A DNA stretch of 64,000 nucleotides from Malacoraja senta. Taxonomy: Eukaryota. The stretch spans positions 62,001-126,000 of the forward strand of contig JAXLNO010000611.1 in NCBI GenBank assembly GCA_038087875.1, in the 5' to 3' direction. The translations under genes were made by a program, and so were the position numbers. Below, one piece after another: positions 12,601 to 26,482 of this stretch; positions within the stretch are counted from its first letter, which is position 1, and each line of letters begins with the position of its first letter. The notes under the pieces were generated by a model, which made no database searches, was not told the origin of the DNA, and saw only the letters and a list, made by a program, of their open reading frames with translations.

Positions 12601-15600
12601 TGCATTTTGGTCGCTTTATGCATGCTGAATTTTTGTCACCTAATGCGTCCTGTAGTTTTGTTGCTTTTCACATCCTGAATTTATGCCGCTTTTGGCTTTT
12701 TGAATTTTCCTTGCCGATTGCGTCATGAATTTTCGTCGCTTTTCGCGTTTTTAATTTTCGTCGCCTTTCGCATCCTGAATTTTCGTCGCTTTTCGTGTGC
12801 TGAAATTTTGTCACTTTTCCTGTGCTGAAATTTCATCACCTATTGCGTGCTAAATTTTCGTAGCTTCTCACATGCATAATTTTCATAGTTTATCACGTGC
12901 TGAAATTTCGTCGATTTATGCGTACTGAAATTTTGTCACTTTTCTCGTCCTGAATTTACGGCACTTTTGGTGCTTTGAATTTTCGTCGCCTTTCATGTCC
13001 TGAATTTTTTTTCGCATTTCGCGTTTTGAATTTCCGTAGCTTTTCTCGTGCTGAATTTTCGTCGTTTTTCGCGTGCTGAATTTTCGTCGCGGTTCACATT
13101 CTGAAATTTCGTGGCTTTCCATGTGCTGAAATTTTATCGCTTTTCGCCTCCTGAAATTTCATCGCATTTTGCGTCCTAAAATTTAGTCGCTTTTTGAATG
13201 CTGAATTTTCCTCACTTTTTGCATGCTGAATTTTCGTTGCTTTTCGCATGTGGAATTTTACTCGCATTTCTAATCCTGAAGTTTCATCGCTTTATGCATG
13301 TCCAATTTTCATCACTTTTCGCGTTATGAAATGTTGTTGCTTTTCTTGTGCTGAAATGTCGTTACTTTCCATGTCCTGATATTTTGTTGCATTTCGCGTC
13401 CTGAATTTTTGTCGCATTTCACGTCCTGAATTTTCGTCGCTTATAGCGACCTGAATTTTCATCACCTTTTGCATCCTGAAGGTTTGTCACTTTTCGTGTG
13501 CTGAACTTTCGTCGCTTTTCACATGCTGAATATTTGTCACTTTTTCTGTGCTGAAATTTAGTCGCTTATTTCGGCGCCTTTCACGTCCTGAAATTTCGTC
13601 GCTTTATTGCGTGCTGAATTTTTGTCGCTTTTCACATGCATAATTTTCGTCGTTTATCACGTGCTGAAATTTCGTCGATTTATGCGTCCTGAAATTTTGT
13701 TGCTTTTCTCGTCCTGAATTTACGGCACTTTTGGTGCTTTGAATTTTCGTCGCCTTTCATGTCCTGAATTTTTTTCGCATTTCGCGTTTTGAATTTCCGT
13801 AGCTTTTCTCGTGCTGAATTTTCGTCGTTTTTCGCGTGCTGAATTTTCGTCGCGGTTCACGTGCTGAAATTTCGTGGCTTTCCATGTGCTGAAATTTCAT
13901 CGCTTTTCGCCTCCTGAAATTTCATCGCATTTTGCGTCCTAAAATTTAGTAGCTTTTTGTATGCTGAATTTTCCTCACTTTTCGCATGCTGAATTTTCGT
14001 TGCTTTTCGCATGTGGAATTTTAGTCGCATTTCTAATCCTGAAGTTTCATCGCTTTCTGCATGCTGGATTTTCATCGCTTTTCGCGTTATGAAATGTTGT
14101 CGCATTTCTTGTGCTGAAATTTCGTTACTTTCGATGTCCTGAAATTTCGTTGCATTTCGCGTCCTGAATTTTTGTCGCATTTCACGTCCTGAATTTTCGT
14201 CGCTTTTAGCGACCTGAATTTTCATCATCTTTTGCATCCTGAAGGTTTGTCACTTTTCGTGTGCTGAATTTTCGTCGCTTTTCACATGCTGAATTTTCGT
14301 CACTTTTCCTGTGCTGAAATTTTGTTGCTTATCGCTTCCTCAATTTCGTCGCTTTATGCATCCTGAAATTTCGGCGCTTTTCACTTCCTGAATTTATGTC
14401 GCTTTTCGCGTTTTTAGTTTTCATCGTTTTTCGCAGGCTGAACTTTCGTCGCCTTTCGCATGTTGAAATTTCGTCGCCTTTCACGTCCTGAAATTTCGTT
14501 GCTTTATGCGTCCTGAAGTTTCGTCGCCTTTCGTGTCCTGAATTTATGTCGCCTTTCGTGTGCTGACTTTTTGTATCTTTATGCATGCTGAATTCTCGTC
14601 GCTTTAAACATGATGAATTTTTGTCACTTTTAGCGTGCCTCATTTTCATTGCTTTTCGCATCCTGAAGGTTCGGTCATTTTAATGTGCTGAAATTTCGTC
14701 TGTTTTCACGTCTTGAAATTTAGTTGCATTTCTCGTCCTGAATTTTTGTCGCATTTCACGTCCTCAATTTTCGTCGCTTTTAGTATACTGAATTTTTGTC
14801 ACTTTTCGCATCCTGAAAGTTCGTCACTTTTTGTGTGCTGAATTTTCGTCTCTATTCAGATGCTGAATTTCGTGACTTTTCCTGTGCTGAAATTTTCGTC
14901 CCTTTTTGCATGTGGAATTTTCGTTGCTTTTCGCATGCTGGACTTTCGTCGCATTTCACGTCCTGAAGTGTTGTTGATTTTTGCATGCCGAATTTTCATT
15001 GCTTTTCACGTGGTGAATTTTCATCGCTTTTCTTGTGCTGCAATTTCGTTGCTTTCCACGTCCTGAAATTCCGTTGCATACTGAATTTTTGTCGCTTTTC
15101 GCATCTTGGTTCGGTCATTTTCGTGTGCTGAAATATCATCGCGTCCTGAAATTTTGTTGCATTTCGCATCCTGAAGTTTTGTCGCATTTAACGTCCTAAA
15201 TTTGCGTCGCTTTTAGCGTCCTTAAATTTTGTCGCTTTTCGTATCCTGAAAGTTCGTCACTTTTTGTGTGCTGTATTTTTGTCGCATTTCTCATGCTGAA
15301 ATTTCGTCACTTTTCCTGTGCTGAAATTTTGAGCATTATGCGTCCTGAAATTTAGTCGCTTTTCTCGTCCTGAATTTATGTCGCTTTTGGTGTTTTGAAT
15401 TTTCGTCGCCTTTCGCGTCCTGAATTTTTGTTGCATATCGCGTGCTGAATTTTCGTCGCCTTTCGCGTGCTGAAATTTAGTCCCTTTACACGTCCTGAAA
15501 TTTCGTCGCTTTATGCGTCCTGAAGTTTCGTCGCTTTTCGCGTAATGAATTTACGTCGCCTTCCGTGTGCTGAATTTTTGTCGCTTTACGCATGATTAAT

Positions 15601-17173
15601 TTTTGTCACCTAATGCGTCGTGTAGTTTTGTTGCTTTTAACGTCCTGAATTTATGCCGCTTTTGGCTTTTTGAATTTTCCTTGCCAATTGCGTCATGAAT
15701 TTTCATCACTTTTCGTGTGCTGAAATTTCGTCGCTTTTCGCATGCTGAATTTTCGTCGCCTTTTGTGTGGTGAGTTTTTGTCACTTTTCATGTGCCGAAT
15801 TTTCGTCACTTTTAGCGTGCTGAAATTTCGTCACTTGTTGTGTCCTGAATTAATGTCGCTTTTGGCATTTAGAATTTTTGTCGCCTCTTGCACCCTGAAT
15901 TTTCATCACTTTTCATGTGCTGAATTTCCGTCGCTTTTCTTGTGCTGAATTTTCGTTGCTTTTTGCGTCCTGAAGGTTTGTCGCTGATCGCGTGCTAAAT
16001 TTGCTTTGCTTTTTGCGTCCTGAAGATTCCTCGCTTTAAGCGTGCTGAATTTTTGTCGCTTTTCGCATGCTCAATTTTCGTCGCTTTTTGTGTGCTGAAT
16101 TTTCGTCGTTTTTCACATTCTAAAATTTCGTCACTTAATGCATCCTGTAATTTTGTCGATTTTCGTGTCCTGTATGTCGCTGTTAGCTTTTTGAACTTTC
16201 GTTGCCTTTTGCGTCCTGAATTTTCATCGCTTTTCGCATGCTGAATTTTCGTCGCCTTTTGTGTGATGACTTTTCGGCACTTTTCATGTGCTGAAATTTA
16301 ATCGCTTTACGCGTCCTGAATTTTTGTCGCTTTTCTCATCCTGAATTTTCGTTGCTTTTCACGTCCTGAATTTACGTCGCATTAGGCATTTTGAATTTTT
16401 GTTGCCTTTCGCATCCTGAATTTTGTTCGAGTTACACGTGCTGAATTTTCGTCCATTTTCATGTGCTGAAATTTCGTCGCTTTTTGAATCCTGAATTTAC
16501 ATTGCTTTTATTGTTTTGAATTTTCGTCACTATTCATGTGCTGAAATATCGTCGCTTTTGTCATCCTGAAATATCATCGCTTTACGCATCCTGAAATTTG
16601 GTCGCTTTGTGCATCCTGAATTTACATTGCTTTTGGCATTTTGATTTTTCGTCTCCTTTCGCGTCCTAAATTTTCGTCGCTTTTAGCGTGCTGAAATTTC
16701 GTCGCTTAGTGCTTGCTGAATTTTCGTCACGTTTCATGTGCTGAATTTTCGTCACTTTTCATGTGCTGAATTTGCGTCACTTTTCTCGTGCTGAATTTGC
16801 GTTGCTTTTCGCGTCCTGAAGGTTCCTCGTTTTAAGCGTGCAGAATTTTTGTCGCTTTTCGCATGCTGAATTTTCATCGCTTTTCGTGTGATGAAATTTT
16901 GTTGCTCTTTGCGTTCTGAAATTTCGTCGCTTAATGTCCTGTAATTTTGTCGCTTTTCATGTCCTGAATTTATGTCGCTTTTGGCTTTTTGAATTTTGGT
17001 CGCCTCTTGCGTCCTGAATTTTCGTCACTTTTCATGTGCTGTATTTTCGTCGCTTTTCTCGTGCTGAATTTTCGTCGCTTTTCGCATCCTGAAAGTTTGT
17101 CACTGATTGCTTGCTGAATTTGCGTCGCTTCTCGCATCCTCGGTTTAAGCATGCTGAATTTTTGTCGCTTTTC
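9627..17173 (-). repeat. Satellite A array (T-rich strand on +) with irregular higher-order repeats
   Basis: Same 25-bp monomer. Diagnostic variant strings recur, e.g. CATAATTTTC..GTTTATCA at ~10021, 11247, 12875, 13639. Confidence 0.97.
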
Positions 17174-17280
17174 AAAAGGCAACACAAATTCAGCATGCAG
17201 GACGCAAAAAGCGATGATAATTCAGCACGTGAACAGCGACGAACCTTCAGAAAGCGAAAAGCGATCAAAATTCAACACGC
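17174..17280 (+). repeat. Short satellite A tract in flipped orientation (A-rich strand on +)
   Basis: About four monomers such as AAAAGCGATGATAATTCAGCACGTG between the strand switch and the Gypsy fragment. Confidence 0.85.
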
Positions 17281-17803
17281 GAGGCCCTGACTCGATCTGA
17301 CTTCTTCGTCTACGCTGCGGGAGAATCTGCTCGGGACCCGGTATGTCTGGTGGCTAAGTTTAATGCTATTTGTGATATTCCAACAAACTGCATCTTAGAA
17401 CGTTTTAAACTGTTCGCGCGGCGTCAGCTCCCTGGGGAATCTGCAGAGAACTATGTCTCTGCGCTGCGACACCTGGCCAGGCGCTGCCGCCTCAACACGT
17501 TGACCCCCGAGGTTGACGTGTTGACCTCAGGGGGAGAACAGCCTGTTTACTGTGTTGGGCGCACCTGCTATGATAACGGACCTTTCTGTGCAGTTGCGAA
17601 CGTTATGTCAACAATACTCTTCAAACAAATAAGGACTAATGAGCAGATTTTTTCTGACAGCTCAACCATGCATGCCTACGGGGGAGCGATTCTTACTCCT
17701 GTGGGCAAGGCTACGCTAAGCTGCAAGATACTGCAGTCCGCTCGGCCCCTCACCTTCTATCTTCTCGATCAAAAATGCATTACCCTGCTGGGTATCCGGG
17801 CAT

Positions 17804-18862
17804 GCCATCAACATTTTCGAGTGGCGAGGCAAACACTTCCTGGTTCTCGTTGACTCCTACTCCAGCTGGTTTGTGGTCGATCGGCTGCACTCCCTAACCT
17901 CTTCGGCCGTCATCGACAGGTTATGCCCTCATTTTGGCACTTTTGGCCCCCCGGCAAGCCTGCAGTCGGACAATGTAAGCCAGTTTACGAGCTCCGAGTT
18001 TAAAGCTTTCGCTTCCAGGTGGAACTTCCACCATTTCACCAGCAGCCCGGAGTACCCGCAAAGCAACGTTCTGGCCGGGCGTGCCGTCCGCAGTGCGAAG
18101 AACCTGCTGGAACAATGTCGTGGTATTAACTCCGATTTCTATCTGGCCCTCCTCAACCTCCGCAACATTTCCCGCGACTCTGCCATGGGTTCCCCTGCTC
18201 AGCGGCTCATGTCTCGCGCTACCAGGCTCCCGCTCCATGTGGCCCAGCGCTCCCTCATACCATCTGTCCTCACGGCTGCGGCGGTTCAGAAACGCATTGC
18301 CTTCAGGCACGATGTCCAAAAGCGTTCCCATGACAGGTCCTGCCACCCGCTGCCGCGCCTCTTCCCCGGTCAAGTTGTTCGTATGCAGACCCCTTCCGGT
18401 CACTCCAAGCTCGCTACCGTCGTCGGCCCTGCGGTGTCGCCCAGGTCTTATCTCGTCGACCATGCGGGAGCCATTTACCGACGGTCCCGCCAGCACCTTC
18501 GGCTCGTCAACGAGCCGCGTCCTCCTGCCGCGGATCCCTTTGCTCCCCCACTGCCGTTTTCGCGTCCGGGCGATGCTCTGCCCGTTCTTCCTAACATGCA
18601 ACTGTCTACACCACCTCAACTCCTTCCGTCCCACCCTACTCCGGCTAGTCCTCGCTCGCCTGCCCGCGCTCTGCCCGCTCCTGATCCCGCATCACCTCCG
18701 CTTTTGGTGCCGCGGTCTCCTCCGTCTCCTCCCGTTTCCCCCTTTCAGGTTCGTCTGCCCCCATCGGTGCCTCTTCTTCCTGCCGGAAGGGAGGATGGCG
18801 AGATGCGAACCCGGTCGGGACGTCTTGTCAAACCGCCTGTCCGCTATGGCGATTTTGTTTAA
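17804..18862 (+). pseudogene. Gypsy integrase reading frame, open but with catalytic substitutions
   Basis: ORF 17873-18862 extends upstream in frame to ~17804 (AINIFEWRGKHFLVLVDSY). The expected first Asp reads N, and the expected Glu of NGLAER reads G (NVLAGR). Pro-rich C-terminal tail. Confidence 0.8.
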
Positions 18863-18920
18863 CTGGCCTACCACATGAGCCGTGGTCGCCCTGTCACTAT
18901 TGTATTTGCCTGTCGTTTCC

Positions 18921-19135
18921 AAGGGGAAGGATGTAGATGATATATGCATGTGCCTTTAACATAGTGACCTCATACCTACTAACCACTCCCCATATCACAA
19001 GTATAACTACAACCTCCCCACCCACAGATCGCTCTCTAGTTCCTGTGACAGACCACGTACAGCTAGTGCAATATGTAATGCTCCAGTATGAATAAAGATA
19101 GTAAAGTAACGATGCCTCGTTATAGCTTCTTTACA
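18921..19135 (+). mobile_element. Polypurine tract and 204-bp 3' LTR of the Gypsy element
   Basis: AAGGGGAAGGA (18921-18931) directly followed by TGTA...TACA (18932-19135), with AATAAA at 19091-19096. Satellite resumes right after CA. Confidence 0.88.
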
Positions 19136-22100
19136 AAATTCAGGACGCAAGAGGCGACAGAAATTAAAAACGCCAAACGTGACATAAATTCAGGACACAA
19201 AAAGCAATGAAATTTCAGCACAGGAGAAGTGACAAAAATTCAGCATGTGAATAGCTACGAAAATTCAGCACACAACAAGCGACGAAAATTCAGCACACAA
19301 AAAGTAACAAAAATTCAGTACATGAAAAGTGACAAAATTTCAGGACGCAAAATGCAACAAAATTTCAGGATGCGAAAAGCGACGAAATTTCAAAACATGA
19401 AAAGCAACGCAAATTCTGCATGTGAAAAGCGCCGAAAATTCAGTACGCGAAAAGAGACGAACCTTCAGGATGCGAAAAGCGATGAAAATTCAGCACGCAA
19501 AAAGTGAGGAACCAGGACGTGAAAAGCAACGAAATTTCAGCACGCAATCAGCGACAAACTTTCAGGATGAGAAAAGTGTGAAAATTCAGCACATGAAAAG
19601 TGATCAAAATTCAAGACACAAGTGGCGACAACAATTAAAAATGCCAAATGCGACAAATTCAGGACATGAAATGCGATGAAAATTCAGGACGAGAAAAGCG
19701 ACAAAAATTCAGGACACAAAAAGCAACGAAATTTCAGGACATGAAAAGTGTCGAAAATTGAGCATTCAAAATGCAATGAAATATCAGGACGCGAAAAGCG
19801 ATGAAATTTAATCACAGGAAAAGCGACAAAAATTAAAAACACCAAAAGCGATGAAAATTCAGGATGCGCAAAGCAACACACATTCAGGACGAGAAAAGCG
19901 ACAAAATTCATGACGCAAAAAGCGACAAAATTTGAGAACATGAAAAGCGACGAAAATTCAGCATGTGAAAAGCGACAAAAATTCAGGATACGAAAAGCGA
20001 CGAAACTTCAAGACGCATGAAGCAACAAAATATCAGGACAGGAATAGCGACGAAATTACAGGTCGCAAATTGCGACGAAAATTCAGCAGTCGAAAAGCAA
20101 CGAACATTCAGCACGGGAAAAGCGACAAAAATTCAGCACTTGAAAAGTGACGAAAATTCAGGACGTGAAAGATGATGAAAATTCAAAATGCCCAAAGCAA
20201 CGTATATTCAGGACGAGAAAATCAACGAAAATTCAGTATGAGAAAAGCGACGAAATTTCAGGACGTGAAAAGCGACAAAAATTCAGGACAAAAAAAGTGC
20301 GAAATTTCAGGACGCAAAATGCTACAAAATTTCAGGACGCGAAAAGCGACAAGATTTCAGGACGCGAAAAGCGACGAAAATACAGGACTAGAAAATCGAC
20401 AAAATTTGAGGATGCAAAAACCCATGAAATTTCAGCACGTGAGAAGTGACAAAAATTCAGCATGTCAATAGCTACGAAAATTCAGCACACAACAAGTGAC
20501 GAAAATTCAGCACACAAAAAGTAACAAAAATTCAAGACATGAAAAGTGACAAAATTTCAGGACGCAAAATGCGACAAAATTTCAGGACGTGAAAAGTGAC
20601 GAAATTTCAGCACATGAAAAGCGACGAAAATTTTGCACGTAAAAAGCATCGAAAATTCAGTACGCGAAAAGAGACAAACCTTCAGGATGCGAAAAGCGAT
20701 GAAAATTCAGCACGCAAAAAGTGAGGAACCAGGACGTGAAAAGCAACGAAATTTCAGCACGCAATCAGCGACAAAGTTTCAGGACGTGAAAAGCTGCGAA
20801 AACTCAGCACGAGAAGAGTGACGAAAATTCAGGACATGAAAAGTGATGACAAATCAAGACGCAAGTGGGGACAAAAATTCAAAACGTTAAATGCAACAAA
20901 CTCAGGACATGAAATGCAACGAAAATTCAGGACGAGGAAAGTGACAAAAATTCAGGACGCAAAAAGCAACGAAATTTCAGCACATGAAAAGTGACGAAAA
21001 TTGAGCATTCAAAATGCAATGAAATTTGAGGACGCGAAACGCGACGAAATTTAATCACAGGAAAAGTGACAGAAATCCAAAACACCAAAAGCGACGAAAA
21101 TTCAGGATGCGCAAAGCAACACACATTCAGGATGAGAAAAGCGACAAAATTCATGACGCAAAAAGCGACAAAATTTTAGCACATGAAAAGCGACGAAAAT
21201 TCAGCATGTGAAAAGCGACAAAAATTCTGGACACGAAAAGCGACAAAACATAAAGACGCATGAAGCGACAAAATATCAGGACACGAATAGCGACGAACTT
21301 ACAGGACGCAAAATGCGACGAAAATTCAGGACCCGAAAGATGTCGTAAATTCGAAACGCCAAAAGCGACGTAAGTTAAGGACTCGAAAAGCAATGAAAAT
21401 TCAGGCTGAGAAAAGTGATGAAAATTCAGGACGCAAATAGCGACGAAATTTCAGCACATGAAAATGAACGAAAATTAAGTACGTGAAAAGCAACGAAAAT
21501 TCAGGACGAGAAAAGTGACGAAATTTCAGGACATGAAAAGCGACGAAATTTTAGGACTTGAAAAACGACGAAAATTCAGGACACAAAAAGCGATGAAATT
21601 TCAGGACGCAAAATGCGACGAAATTTCAGAACATGAAAAGCGAAAAAGTTTCAGGACGCGAAAAGCGACGCAATTTCAGCACACGAAAAGCGACAAAAAT
21701 TCAGCACGCAAAGAGCGACGAACCTTCAGGACGCGAAAATCGATGCAGCATGCGAAAAGTGACGAACCAGGATGTGTAAAGCGACGAAAATACAGCACAT
21801 GAAAAGTGACGAAAATTCAGGACGCGAATGACGACGAAAATTCGAAACGCCAAAAGCGACGTAAGTTCAGGACTCGAAAAGCAACGTAAATTCAGGACTG
21901 GAAAAGTGATGAAAATTCAGGACGCGAATAGCGACGAAATTTCAGCACATGAAAATGAACAAAAATTAAGGATGTTAAAAGCGACGAAAATTCAGGATGC
22001 GAAAGGCGATGACATTTCAGGACGCAAAAACCGACGGAATTTCAGCACATGAAAAGCGCCAAAAATTCAGCACACAAAAGGCAAAGAAAATTCAGGATGC

Positions 22101-25100
22101 GATAAGTGATGAAATTTCAGCACATGAAAAGTGACGAAAATTCTGCACGTGAAAAGCACCGAAAATTCAGTACGCAAAAAGAGACAAACCTTCAGGATGC
22201 GAAAAGCGCTGAAAATTCAGCACGCAAAAAGTGAGGAAGCAGGACGTGAAAAGCAACGAAATTTCAGCACATAATCAGCGATAAACCTTCAGGACGTGAA
22301 AAGCGGCGAAAATTCAGCATGAGAAAAGTGCGAAAATTCAGCACATGAAAAGTGATGAAAATTCAAGATGCAAGTGGTGACAAAAATTCAAAACGCCAAG
22401 TGCGACAAATTCAGGACATGAAATACGACGAAAATTCAGGACGAGAAAGGCGACAAAAATTCAGGACACAAAAAGCAACGTAATTTCCGCACATGAAAAG
22501 TGACGAAAATGGAGCATTCAGTATGCAACGAAATTTCAGGACGCGAAAAGCGACGAAATTTAATCACAGGAAAAGCGACAAAAATTCAAAACACCAAAAG
22601 CGACGAAAATTCAGGACGCGCAAAGCAACACACATTCAGGACGAGAAAAGCGACAAAATTCATGACTCAAAAAGCGACGAAATTTTAGCACATGAAAAGC
22701 GACGAAAATTCAGCATGTGAAAAGCGACAAAAATTCAGGACACGAAAAACGACAATACTTCAAGACAAATGAAGCGACAAAATATCAGGACACGAATAGC
22801 GACGAAATTACAGGACGCAAAATGCGACGAAAATTCAGGACCCGAAAGACGACGAAAATTCGAAACACCAAAAGCGACTTAAGTTAAGGACTCGAAAAGC
22901 AACGAAAATTCAGGATGAGAAAAGTGATGAAAATTCAGGCGCGAATAGCGACGAAATTTCAGCACATGAAAATGAACGAAAATTAAGTACGTGAAAAGCA
23001 ACGAAAATTCAGGACGAGAAAAGCGACGAAATTTCAGGACGTGAAAAGCGACGAAATTTTAGGACGTGAAAAACGACGAAAATTCAGGACATAAAAAGCG
23101 ATGAAATTTCAGGACGCAAAATGCGACGAAATTTCAGAACATTAAAAGCAAAGAAGTTTCAGGACGTGAAAATCGACACCATTTCAGCACACGAAAAGCG
23201 ACAAAAATTCAGCACGCAAAGAGCAACGAACCTTCAGGACGCGAAAATCGATGAAAATTCAGCACGCGAAAAGTGACGAACCTTCAGGACGCGAAAAGCG
23301 ATGAAAATACAGCACATGAAAATGAACGAAAATTAAGGACGTGAAAAGCGAGGAAAATTCAGGATGCGATAGGCGATGACATTTCAGGACGCAAAAAACG
23401 ACGGAATTTCAGCACATGAAAAGCGCCGAAAATTCAGCACACAAAAGGCAACGAAAATTCAGGATGCGAAAAGTGACGAAATTTCAGCACATGAAAAGCG
23501 ACGAAAATTATGCACGTGAAAAGCGCAGAAAATTCAGTACACGAAAAGAGACAAACCTTCAGGATGCGAAAAGCGATGAAAATTCAGCATGCAAAAAGTG
23601 AGGAAACAGGACGTGAAAAGCAACGAAATTTCAGCAAGCAATCAGCGATAAACCTTCAGGACGTGAAAAGCAGCGAAAATTCAACACAAGAAAAGTGCGA
23701 AAATTCAGCACATGAAAAGTCATGAAAATTCAAGATGCAAGTGGCGACAAAAATTCAAAACGCAAAGTGCGACAAATTCTGGACATGAAATGCGACGAAA
23801 ATTCAGGACGTGCAAGGCCTCAAAAATTCAGGACACAAAAAGCAACGAAATTTCAGCACATGAAAAGTGACGAAAATTGAGCATTCAATATGCAACGAAA
23901 TTTCAGGATGCGAAAAGCGACGAAATTTAATCACAGGAAAAGCGACAAAAATTCAAAACACCAAAAGCGACGAAAATTCAGGACGCGCAAAGCAACACAC
24001 ATTCAGGACGTGAAAAGCGACAAAATTCATGACGCAAAAAGCGACAAAATTTTAGCACATGAAAACCGACGAAAATTCAGCATGTGAAAAGCGACAAAAA
24101 TTCAGGACATGAAAAACGACAATACTTCAAGACAAATGAAGCGACAAAATATAACGACACGAATAGCGACGAAATTACAGGACGCAAAATGCGACGAAAA
24201 TTCAGCAGTCGAAAAGCGACAAACCATCAGAACGCTAAAAGCGATGAAAATTCAGCACGCGAAAAGCGACAAACATGCAGGACGGGAAAAGCGACGAAAA
24301 TTCAGCACATGAAATGTGACGAAAATTCAAGACGCGAAAGATGACGAAAATGCAAAATGCCCAAAGCAACGGATATTCAGGACGAGAAAATCCACGAAAA
24401 TTCAGGATGAGAAAAGCGACGAAGTTTCAGGACGAGAAAATCCACGAAAATTCAGGATGAGAAAAGCGACGAAGTTTCAGGACGTGAAAAGCGACGAAAA
24501 TACAGGACAGAAAAAGTGACCACATTTCAGGACGCAAAATGCTACGAAATTTCAGCACAGAAAATGCGACAAAAATTCAGTACGCAAAAAGTGACAAACC
24601 TTCAGGACGCGAAAAGCGGCGAAAATTCAGCACGGAAAAAGCGACGAAAATACAGCACATGAAAAGTGACGTAAATTCAGGATGAGAAAAATGACGAAAT
24701 TTCAAAATGCCAGACGCGACGTAAATTCAGGACTCGAACAGCAATGAAAATTCAGGACGAGAAAAGGGACGAAAATTCAGGACGCGAAAAGAATGAAATT
24801 TCAGCACATGAAAATGGACGAAAATTCAGTACGTGAAATGCGACGAAAATTCAGCATGCGAAAGGCAACGACATTTTAGCACGCGAAAACCGACGAAATT
24901 TCAGCACATGAAAAGTGCCGAAAATTCAGCACACAAAAAGCGCTGAAAATTCAGCACGCAAAAGGCGATGAAAATTCAGCACGCAAAATGCGACGAAAAT
25001 GCAGCATGCGAAACGCGACAAAAATTCACCACACGAAAAGTGATGAAAATTCAGGATGCGAAAGGCGACGAAATTACAGAATGCATAAAGCGACGAAATT

Positions 25101-26482
25101 TCACAAAGCGAAAAATACGACATTTCAACACACGAAAAGCGACGAAAATTCAGCATTGGTAAAGCGACAAAAATTCAGCACGTGAAAAGCAACGTAAATT
25201 CAGCACGCGATCAGTGACAAACCCTCAGGACGCGAAAAGCGATGAAAATTCAGCATGAGAAAAGTGATGAAAATTCAGCACATGAAAAGTGATGAAAATT
25301 TAGGACGTAAGAGGCGACAAAATTTATAAACGCCAAAAGCGACATAAATTCAGGCCACGAAATGCGACAAAAATTCAAGACGACAAAAACGACAAAAATT
25401 CAGGACACAAAAAGCAACAATACTTCAGGACGCATGAAGTAACAAAATATCAGCACACGAAAAGCGACAAAATTTTGGCACACGACAAGTGAAGAAAATT
25501 CAGCACGCGAAAAGCGACGAAAATTCTGCACACAAAAAGTAACAAAAATTCAGGATGCGAAAGTCGACGTAAATTTAAAATGTCAAAATCAACGTAAATT
25601 CAGGATGCGAAAAGCGACAAACGTTCAGGACGCATGAAGCGACAAAATATCAGGACACAAAAAGCGATTAAATTTCAGGACGCAAAATGCGACGAACCTC
25701 AGGACGGCAAAAGCAACGAAAATTCAGCACGCGAAAACAACGAAAATTCTGCACTTTAAAATGAAAATTCAGGACACGAAAGACGACCAAAAATTCAAAA
25801 CGCCAAAAGCGACGTAAATTCAGGACGCAAAAAGCAATGAAAATTCAGGATGAGAAAAGCGACAAAAAAATGAGAAAAGCGATGAAATTTCAGCACACGA
25901 AAAGCACCTAAAATTCAGCACACAAAAAGGCAACGAAAATTCAGCACGTGAAAAGTGCCGAAAATTCAGCACGCGAAAAGACACAAACCTTCAGGATGTG
26001 AAAAGCGATGAAAATTCAGCACGCATAATGTGACGAAATTTCAGCGTGAAAAGCAATGAAAATTCAGCACGCGAAAATCGACAAAAATTCAAAACACGAA
26101 AAGTGACAAAAATTCAGCACGCGAAAAGCGAAGAAATTTCAGGACGTCAAATGTGACAAAAATTCAGGACGGAATAAATGATGAAATTTCAGGACGTGAA
26201 AAGCGACAACATTTCAGCACACGAAAGGCGACGAAAATTCAGCACACGTAAAGCGATGAATATTCAGCATGCGAAAAGCGACGAAAATTCAACACACGTA
26301 AAGTGATGAAAATTCAGGACGCGAAAGGCGACGAAAATTCAAAAAGCCAAAAGTGATATAAATTCACGACGCGAAAAGTGACGAAATCACAGGACGCATA
26401 AAGCGACAAAATTTCATAACGCGAAAAGCGACGAAATGTCAGCACAGGAAAAGCGACGAAAATTCAGCATGCAAATTCAGCA
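19136..26482 (+). repeat. Satellite A array with ~1.2-1.5 kb higher-order repeats
   Basis: Marker AATTTAATCACAGGAAAAG at ~19805, 21048, 22557, 23924. Marker AAAAGTGAGGAA at ~19501, 20717, 22227, 23594. Confidence 0.96.

Larger units (their letters stand above)
17281..19135 (+). mobile_element. Internally deleted Ty3/Gypsy-type LTR retrotransposon (partial gag, partial protease, integrase, PPT, 3' LTR)
   Basis: Gag-like ERFKLFARRQLPGESAENYVSALRHLARRC. Protease C-terminal half (ANVMS..AYGG..PVGKATL..LTFYLL..LLGIRAC). Integrase core from ~17804 (LVLVDSYSSWF..LQSDN..QFTSSEF..TSSPEYPQSN) ending in TRSGRLVKPPVRY. No RT/RNase H and no 5' LTR seen. Confidence 0.9.

Noticed and set aside
17921..18949. 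Overlapping antisense and alternate-frame ORFs (237, 265 and 85 aa) over the integrase
   Set aside because: Expected in GC-rich coding sequence; no recognisable domain.
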